A DNA stretch of 64,000 nucleotides, taken from assembly GCA_902633125.1 (NCBI GenBank), contig CACPEZ010000004.1, positions 18,143 through 82,142 of the forward strand, given 5' to 3'. Positions 58,129 through 64,000 of this stretch are shown in pieces. The stretch is from an uncultured Pelagibacteraceae bacterium (GTDB lineage: Bacteria > Pseudomonadota > Alphaproteobacteria > Pelagibacterales > Pelagibacteraceae). The position numbers were made by a program, and so were the translations under genes. Numbering within the stretch: the first letter of the stretch is position 1; each line of letters starts with the position of its first letter. The notes under the pieces are model-generated. The model made no database searches. It was not told the origin of the DNA and saw only the letters and a list, made by a program, of their open reading frames with translations.

Positions 58129-59304
58129 ATGTCAGAAATATACAATATTATAGATAAACAAAAGTTAGATATTGTATCTAAACCAATTAGTGAAGCTCAT
58201 GGTTTACCAAATGAATGTTATATCAGTAAAGAATATACTTTAATTGAAAGAAAAAAATTATTTGAAGATAAGTGGATCGTCATTGGAGTTGGAAGTTCTA
58301 TTCCAGATGAAGGTGATGTCAAACCAATTGATTTACTTGGAATACCCTTACTTATTGTTAGAACTAAAAATAAAGAAATAAAAGTTTTTCATAATATTTG
58401 TAGTCATAGAGGAGTTAAATTAGTTAAGGAAGCTGGAAAAATTAGAAATGTTATGAGGTGCTCATATCATTCATGGTCATATGACTTAGAAGGAAAATTA
58501 GTTGCTACACCTCATATAGGAGGCATGAATATTCATCAAACACCTGAATTTGATAAATCAAAAAGTAATTTAAAAGAGATAAGATCATATATTTGGTTAG
58601 ATCTAATTATGATTAATATTAACAACAATGAAATTTCATTTGAGGATTATATTAGTCCTTTAAGTCAAAGATGGGAAAAATTTTGGTCCTTAAAAGATAG
58701 AGAATTAATTCATCATGCAAATGATTATGGTTATTTTAAATTAGATGCAAAATGTAATTGGAAATTTGCAATTGAAAATTATTGTGAGAGCTATCATTTG
58801 CCATGGGTTCATCCAGGACTAAATTCTTATTCAAAATTAGAAGATCACTATCATATTCAAGGACTGCCAAATCGTTTTGCTGGACAAGGAACAGTTGTTT
58901 ATAATCCAAGGTTTGAAGGAAAAGAAAAGTTTCCTTGTTTCCCTAACTGGCCGAAAGATAAAGAAAATATAGCTGAGTATGTAGCGTTATTTCCAAATGT
59001 AATGTTAGGAATTCACAAAGATCATTATTATGCTTATTGGTTAGAGCCAATAAATCACGAGTTTACAATAGAACATATGGAAATTTATTATGTAGGAGAT
59101 GAAGCGGCAACTTCAACAAAGTATAAAACTTTAAGACAAAAAAATCACAAACAATGGGAAGATATTCAAAAAGAAGATGTAGATATAATTCAAAGTATGC
59201 AAATAGGTAGAAACTCTCCAGCTTATAATGGTGGTAATTTTTCTCCAAAGATGGACAATCCAACACATCATTTTCATAAGTGGGTTGCTGGTAATTTAAT
59301 TTAA
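58129..59304 (+). CDS. Rieske non-heme iron oxygenase alpha subunit (choline monooxygenase / betaine demethylase-like)
   Basis: Rieske CSHRG...CSYHSW; mononuclear Fe site NWK-AIENYCESYHLPWVHP and late ED; LFPN. Confidence 0.9.
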   Translation: MSEIYNIIDKQKLDIVSKPISEAHGLPNECYISKEYTLIERKKLFEDKWIVIGVGSSIPDEGDVKPIDLLGIPLLIVRTKNKEIKVFHNICSHRGVKLVKEAGKIRNVMRCSYHSWSYDLEGKLVATPHIGGMNIHQTPEFDKSKSNLKEIRSYIWLDLIMININNNEISFEDYISPLSQRWEKFWSLKDRELIHHANDYGYFKLDAKCNWKFAIENYCESYHLPWVHPGLNSYSKLEDHYHIQGLPNRFAGQGTVVYNPRFEGKEKFPCFPNWPKDKENIAEYVALFPNVMLGIHKDHYYAYWLEPINHEFTIEHMEIYYVGDEAATSTKYKTLRQKNHKQWEDIQKEDVDIIQSMQIGRNSPAYNGGNFSPKMDNPTHHFHKWVAGNLI

Positions 59305-59319
59305 AGTTAAAACCTAAAA

Positions 59320-59730
59320 ATGAAAATTATATTAATCATGGGACTTCCAGGCGCAGGAAAAACTACATTAGCTGATGAACTTGCCCCATTGTTAAATGCA
59401 AAAAGATTAAATGCAGATGAAGTAAGAAAAGCTGCAAACGATTGGGATTTTTCAGAAGAGGGAAGAACAAGACAAGCAAAAAGAATGGCTGAATTTGCAA
59501 TAAAATTAAAAGACGAAGGAAACTATGTGATTGCAGATTTTATTTGCCCAACTCCAAAAGCAAGAAGTTTATTTCCTGCTGATTATGTAGTTTGGGTAGA
59601 TACAATAAAAGAAGGTAGATTTGATGACACTAATAAAATGTTTGTTAAACCAGAAAAATATAATTTTCATGTTACCACACAAGATGCTAAGTCTTGGGCA
59701 CCAAAGATTTTAAAGGAGATAAAAAAATGA
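59320..59730 (+). CDS. Small P-loop kinase (adenylylsulfate-kinase-like fold)
   Basis: GLPGAGKTT, NADEVR, DFSEEGR-RQ, ADFICP. Confidence 0.8.
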   Translation: MKIILIMGLPGAGKTTLADELAPLLNAKRLNADEVRKAANDWDFSEEGRTRQAKRMAEFAIKLKDEGNYVIADFICPTPKARSLFPADYVVWVDTIKEGRFDDTNKMFVKPEKYNFHVTTQDAKSWAPKILKEIKK

Positions 59731-60101
59731 CGTATCAATGGGATAACAAAAAACCAACAGCCCAAATGTTAGGAAGATGGCAACCGTTTCATGATGGTCA
59801 CTATACTCTATTTAAGGAAATTATAAAAAAAACAGGACAAGTATGTATTCAAATTAGAGATGTACAAGGTGTTGATGATAACCCATTTGATTTTGAAACT
59901 GTCAAAAAAAATATTGAGGAAAAACTTAATCCAGAGTTTGAGGGCAGGTTCAAAATTATGCTTGTCCCTAATATTACAAATATTTGTTATGGAAGAGGTG
60001 TTGGATATAAAATTGAAGAAATAGTTTTGCCTGAAGAAATTCAAAAAATTTCAGCAACTAAAATTAGAGCTAAGATGAGAGAAGAAGGTAAATTAAAATA
60101 A
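59727..60101 (+). CDS. HxGH cytidylyl/adenylyltransferase-family protein
   Basis: GRWQPFHDGH, NPF, ISATKIR. Start re-called at 59727 (ATGA overlap with the kinase stop, AAGGAG RBS) instead of the track's 59694. Confidence 0.82.
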   Translation: MTYQWDNKKPTAQMLGRWQPFHDGHYTLFKEIIKKTGQVCIQIRDVQGVDDNPFDFETVKKNIEEKLNPEFEGRFKIMLVPNITNICYGRGVGYKIEEIVLPEEIQKISATKIRAKMREEGKLK

Positions 60102-60875
60102 GTGACTGTAAAAATAAATAAATTATCACCAGGTGTTAAAAGAGTTTTAATTAATGACCCAAAAACTTATAATTCATTATCCTACAAAACTCTTTCATCT
60201 TTATTAAAGGCATTCAAAAAATTAGATAATGATAAAGAAACAAGGGTTATTATTTTAGAAGGAGCTGGAAAAGGATTTAGTGCAGGCCATAACTTAAAAG
60301 AGGTAAGAGGTATAAAAAATAGATCTAATCATTTAAAACTTTTTAAACTTTGTTCAAAACTTATGATGCAAATTGTGGAGGGAAACAAACCAGTCATAGC
60401 GAAAGTACATGGAGCAGCTTATGCAGCAGGATGTCAATTAGCTGCCAGTTGTGATCTTGCATATAGCACGAACTCAGCAACGTTTGCTACACCTGGAGTA
60501 AAAATTGGATTATTTTGCAGTACACCAATGGTTGCTGTCAGTCGAAAAATTAGCAGAAAACGAATGATGGAAATGCTACTTACCGGTGATCCAATTAGTG
60601 CAAAATATGCAAAGGAAATTGGATTAATTAATGATCACTACAGTCCAAAAATATTGAATAAAAAAGTTTTAGATATTGCAAAAAAAATATCTTCAAAATC
60701 AAATTTAACTATCAAAATAGGTAAAAAAGGTTTTTATAAACAATTAGAAATGCCCCTTAACAAAGCTTATGATTATACAAGTAAGATGATGACGCTTAAT
60801 ATGTCATCTTATGATGCCAAAGAGGGTATAAGTGCATTTATCGAAAAAAGAAATCCAAGTTGGAAAAACAAATAA
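60102..60875 (+). CDS. Enoyl-CoA hydratase/crotonase (ECHDC3-like)
   Basis: FSAGHNLKE, PVIAKVHG-A-AAGCQL-ASCDL, FATPGVKIGLFCSTP, EGISAF. Confidence 0.9.
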   Translation: MTVKINKLSPGVKRVLINDPKTYNSLSYKTLSSLLKAFKKLDNDKETRVIILEGAGKGFSAGHNLKEVRGIKNRSNHLKLFKLCSKLMMQIVEGNKPVIAKVHGAAYAAGCQLAASCDLAYSTNSATFATPGVKIGLFCSTPMVAVSRKISRKRMMEMLLTGDPISAKYAKEIGLINDHYSPKILNKKVLDIAKKISSKSNLTIKIGKKGFYKQLEMPLNKAYDYTSKMMTLNMSSYDAKEGISAFIEKRNPSWKNK

Positions 60876-60883
60876 CCATTAAG

Positions 60884-60925
60884 TTGAAGTCACTTAAAAA
60901 AAAGATTAAGTTGTAATTAAAGGAG
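60884..60925 (+). promoter_or_regulatory. Putative promoter and RBS of the SBP56 gene
   Basis: TTGAAG-N17-TAAGTT, then AAGGAG. Confidence 0.4.
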
Positions 60926-60935
60926 AAAATCAATC

Positions 60936-62288
60936 ATGGATGGATGTTGTGGTCCTGGATATGCTAGTCCTGCAGAAGCAATAAAAGCACCAAAAGAAAA
61001 GCTTTTATATACTATAGCTATTTACACTGGGACAGGAATACAAAAACCAGACTACTTAGCAACAGTCGATGTTGATCCTCAAAGTCCTACTTATTCTAAA
61101 GTAATTCATAGACTTGAAATGCCAGGTATTGGTGATGAATTGCATCATATGGGATGGAATGCATGTTCTTCTTGTCATGGCGACTCAAAAATGAGCAGAA
61201 AATATTTATTAGTCCCAGGTGTTAGATCAAATAATATTTATGTTGTTGATACTGCATCCGATCCTAGAGCTCCAAAAATACATAAAGTAGTAGATGGATC
61301 TGAAATAAAGAAAAAAACTAATTTATCAGGACCACACACAGTTCATTGCTTAGGTTCTGAAATTATCATTTCTTTTCTTGGAGACGCTCGAGGAGAAGCG
61401 CCAGGAGGATATTTACACTTAAATAAAGATTTTGAAATTGTAGGTAGGTGGGAAAACTCAATGGGAGATATACCTTTTAGTTATGACTTCTGGTACCAGC
61501 CAAGACATAATGTAATGGTTAGTTCTGAGTGGGCTGCCCCAAATACTTTCATGCCTGGATTTGATTTAGAGGAAGTTGGTCATTTGAAATATGGTAGAAG
61601 ACTTCATGTTTGGGATTTTAAAAAAAAAGAGCCAGTTCAAACAATGTATTTAGGTGAAGATGGTTTAATACCATTAGAAGTTAAATTTATGCATAATCCT
61701 GATAGTAGCCATGGATTTTGTGGTGCAGCTCTAAGTGCAAATGTAATTCATTTTTGGAAATCAAAAGATGGAAAATGGGAATGGGAAAAAATAATCGATG
61801 TTGAAAATGAACCTCATCCTGATTGGCCAATCCCAGTGCCTGGAGTTATGTCAGCGATATTAGTTTCTATGAATGATAAATATTTATATATAAATAATTG
61901 GCTTCATGGAGATATGAGGCAATACGATATTTCAGATCCACACAAACCAAAATTAACTGGTCAAGTTTGGATGGGTGGATTATTAGGAAAGGCTCCAGAA
62001 GTAAATGGCGTTAAAATTGCTGGTGGACCCCAAATGTATCAATTATCTTTAGATGGTAAAAGGATGTATGTAACAACATCATTATTTTCTACTTGGGATA
62101 ATCAATTTTATCCTGAAATAAGAAAGCAGGGTGGAGCAATGATTATGATTGATTGTGATGTTGAAAATGGGGGAATGAAAATTAATAAAGATTTTATTGT
62201 TGATTTTGGTAAAGAACCAAATGGACCTAGTAGATGCCATGAAAGTAGATATCCTGGTGGAGATTGCACAAGTGATATCTGGTTATGA
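60936..62288 (+). CDS. Selenium-binding protein SBP56 / SELENBP1-type methanethiol oxidase candidate
   Basis: GPGYASP, PDYLATVDVDP-SPTY, DELHHMGWNACSSC, YDFWYQPRHNVM-SSEW, NWLHGD, GGPQM-QLSLDGKR, WD-QFYP, GGDCTSDIW. Confidence 0.93.
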   Translation: MDGCCGPGYASPAEAIKAPKEKLLYTIAIYTGTGIQKPDYLATVDVDPQSPTYSKVIHRLEMPGIGDELHHMGWNACSSCHGDSKMSRKYLLVPGVRSNNIYVVDTASDPRAPKIHKVVDGSEIKKKTNLSGPHTVHCLGSEIIISFLGDARGEAPGGYLHLNKDFEIVGRWENSMGDIPFSYDFWYQPRHNVMVSSEWAAPNTFMPGFDLEEVGHLKYGRRLHVWDFKKKEPVQTMYLGEDGLIPLEVKFMHNPDSSHGFCGAALSANVIHFWKSKDGKWEWEKIIDVENEPHPDWPIPVPGVMSAILVSMNDKYLYINNWLHGDMRQYDISDPHKPKLTGQVWMGGLLGKAPEVNGVKIAGGPQMYQLSLDGKRMYVTTSLFSTWDNQFYPEIRKQGGAMIMIDCDVENGGMKINKDFIVDFGKEPNGPSRCHESRYPGGDCTSDIWL

Positions 62289-62665
62289 CGAAGATTACAA
62301 TCTCAAACAGAAATAATAGTGCATTTGAAGTAACTGGTAAAAAACCTTTATTAAATGAATTAAGAGATCAAGGGGTAGATCTTCCTTACGGATGCCAGTA
62401 TGGGGGATGTATTACATGTGCAGCTAAACTAATTAATGGAGAAGTGGATCAACGTTCTCAAGTTGCTTTAAATAACAGACAAATAAATGACGGATATATT
62501 ATTTTATGTGTTGCTAAAGCAAAAACAGATTGCATAATTGAGATAGGAGTTGAAAGTCATGATAAATTGTATCGAAATCCTTTCCTAGACCCTTTAGAAC
62601 CTCATGAATTAAAAGCAGATATCGCAAGTAAAAAGAAAGAAAAAAATAAAGATGAACCACAATGA
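62285..62665 (+). CDS. Plant-type [2Fe-2S] ferredoxin
   Basis: LPYGCQYGGCITC...GYIILCVA. ATGA overlap with SBP56. Confidence 0.92.
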   Translation: MTKITISNRNNSAFEVTGKKPLLNELRDQGVDLPYGCQYGGCITCAAKLINGEVDQRSQVALNNRQINDGYIILCVAKAKTDCIIEIGVESHDKLYRNPFLDPLEPHELKADIASKKKEKNKDEPQ

Positions 62666-63101
62666 ACCTTATAGCGCTGAATATTTAAAAGATATTTTAA
62701 GCTCAGTTAAGACAATTGCTATGGTTGGTGCTAGCCCAGATAAAACTAAATTTAGCTATGGTGTATTAAGAGTTTTGCACGAAACTGGTTATGACATGAT
62801 ACCTGTAAATCCTAAACCAGGTATAAAGGAAATTAGAAATTTAAAAGTTTATCCAAATTTATCGGCTATCGATAGACCTGTTGATATGGTCGAAGTATTT
62901 AGAAAATCCGAGGATCTTTATGGAATTGCTGAAGAGGCAATATCAATTGGAGCAAAAGTATTATGGGGACAAATAGGTGTAATTAATCATGATGCAGCAA
63001 AAATTGCTGAAGATGCAGGTTTAAAAGTAGTTATGAATAGATGTCCAAAAATTGAACTCTTCAGACCATTTTGGAAACCTCGACTAGATCTTAAAATTTA
63101 A
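62652..63101 (+). CDS. CoA-binding protein (YccU family)
   Basis: IAMVGAS, PVNP, VDMVEVFR, LWGQIG, MNRCPKIE. Confidence 0.92.
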   Translation: MNHNEPYSAEYLKDILSSVKTIAMVGASPDKTKFSYGVLRVLHETGYDMIPVNPKPGIKEIRNLKVYPNLSAIDRPVDMVEVFRKSEDLYGIAEEAISIGAKVLWGQIGVINHDAAKIAEDAGLKVVMNRCPKIELFRPFWKPRLDLKI

Positions 63102-63109
63102 ATTAAATT

Positions 63110-63535
63110 ATGGATACAACACTCGTTGATGAAAAGATAAAAGAACTTTATTTAAGTTATCGGACAATAGCAATTGTTGGAGCAAGTCCTGACTCAAAAA
63201 AAACTTCCAATATAATAATGAAATATTTAAGAAATACAGGTTACAAAGTTTTTCCTGTTAATCCAGTAACAGATAATAAAATTATACATGGTGAACCAGT
63301 ATATAAAAAACTAACGGATATAAAAGATCATGTTGGAATTGTTAATGTTTTTAGACCCAGTGAAGAGGCTGAGGAAATAGCAAAACAAACAATAGAAATT
63401 GGTGCAAATGTATTATGGTTGCAATTAGGAATTCACAACGAAAATGCAGCTAAATTAGTCTCTCAAAATAAAATTTATTATATCTCTAATAAATGTATTA
63501 AAAACGAATACGATAGATTATTCAAAACTATATAA
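63110..63535 (+). CDS. CoA-binding protein (YccU family), second paralog
   Basis: IAIVGAS, PVNP, VNVFRP, LWLQLG, NKCIKNE. Confidence 0.9.
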   Translation: MDTTLVDEKIKELYLSYRTIAIVGASPDSKKTSNIIMKYLRNTGYKVFPVNPVTDNKIIHGEPVYKKLTDIKDHVGIVNVFRPSEEAEEIAKQTIEIGANVLWLQLGIHNENAAKLVSQNKIYYISNKCIKNEYDRLFKTI

Positions 63536-63601
63536 TATCAAATTATTAAGTGTGATATTAAGACCTTTTATTTCATTTTAAATTTAAGATAAATTTAAAT
63601 T

Positions 63602-64000
63602 ATGAAATTCAAGATTTTATTTTTTTTAATTACATTTTTTTATTTTAATCCTTCGTTTGCCGATGTTTTAAAACCAAGTGTAAATATAGATCCGAAACAA
63701 GTAGTTGTGATTCAATTAAATGCGTTAATGAAAAATGACAATCCATATAAAGATAGAGGGATTGAGCAAACTTGGGAATTTGCACATCCCAATAATCAAA
63801 GGATGACAGGTCCCTTAGATAGATTTAAAAGAATGTTAAAGGGTGCTTCATACTCAATGTTAATTGATCACAAAGAAAATACAGTAACTGAAATTTACAA
63901 ATCAAGTACCATGGCAACTTATGAAGTTGTTGTCTTGGATAAGGATAAACAATATTTTAAATTTAAATGGAAAGTTGAAAAGAATGATAAAGAGGGCAAT
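63602..64000 (+). CDS. Exported DUF4864-like protein (3'-truncated by window edge)
   Basis: Hand translation MKFKILFFLITFFYFNPSFADVLKP...QVVVIQLNALMKND...TWEFAHP...TGPLDRFKRML...YSML. Signal peptide; frame open to the window end. Confidence 0.7.
   Translation, partial: MKFKILFFLITFFYFNPSFADVLKPSVNIDPKQVVVIQLNALMKNDNPYKDRGIEQTWEFAHPNNQRMTGPLDRFKRMLKGASYSMLIDHKENTVTEIYKSSTMATYEVVVLDKDKQYFKFKWKVEKNDKEGN

Noticed and set aside
59694-59726. Track start of the nucleotidyltransferase at 59694, or a frameshifted kinase-transferase fusion
   Set aside because: An AAGGAG RBS and ATGA overlap at 59727 indicate two separate coupled genes. The A7 run is noted, but nothing else supports frameshifting.
1865-60044. 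Many short antisense/alternate-frame ORFs in the track (e.g. 1865-2077, 9692-10057, 14260-14622, 25206-25574, 48315-48614, 52443-52889, 59808-60044)
   Set aside because: They lie within or across well-supported genes on the opposite strand and show no motifs; these are shadow ORFs.
55308-62288. Selenoneine/selenium system suggested by EgtB plus a selenium-binding protein
   Set aside because: No senB, senC/selD, Sec machinery or in-frame UGA read-through seen. SBP56 is better explained as a thiol oxidase.

Overview
AT-rich, densely packed, streamlined alphaproteobacterial DNA whose gene content, order and protein sequences match Candidatus Pelagibacter (SAR11); this assignment is inferred and was not checked against a database. 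After a housekeeping stretch (acnA, YfgM-like, BamB-like, zapE, yjbQ, photolyase), most of 7.6-63.5 kb is a methylated-compound / C1 catabolism supercluster. It holds tmm, tmoXWV, tdm, glnT/gmaS, a second glutamine-synthetase-like enzyme, a divergent glxBCD (mgsABC-like) set, a divergent Amt, an FAD oxidoreductase, soxBDAG (probably mgdABCD), fhs, an Fe-ADH, a GcvT-like demethylase with metF, a Rieske oxygenase and a SELENBP1-type methanethiol oxidase candidate. Interspersed are a sugar/osmolyte ABC transporter with a GH63 hydrolase, egtBD, purEK and an uncharacterised dipeptidase-like / 550-aa / DUF3726-like / Zn-finger operon. I saw no rRNA, tRNA, CRISPR array, IS or integrase. Three small ORFs absent from the ORF track were found by hand (54, 55 and 35 aa). 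Best leads: (1) a second gamma-glutamyl/N-alkylglutamate module sitting where the otherwise missing dimethylamine step should be; (2) the orphan dipeptidase-like operon; (3) a cytoplasmic SELENBP1-type oxidase coupled to a ferredoxin; (4) a glycosyl-glycerate/glycerol scavenging cassette; (5) a diaminopropionate ammonia-lyase coupled to gmaS.
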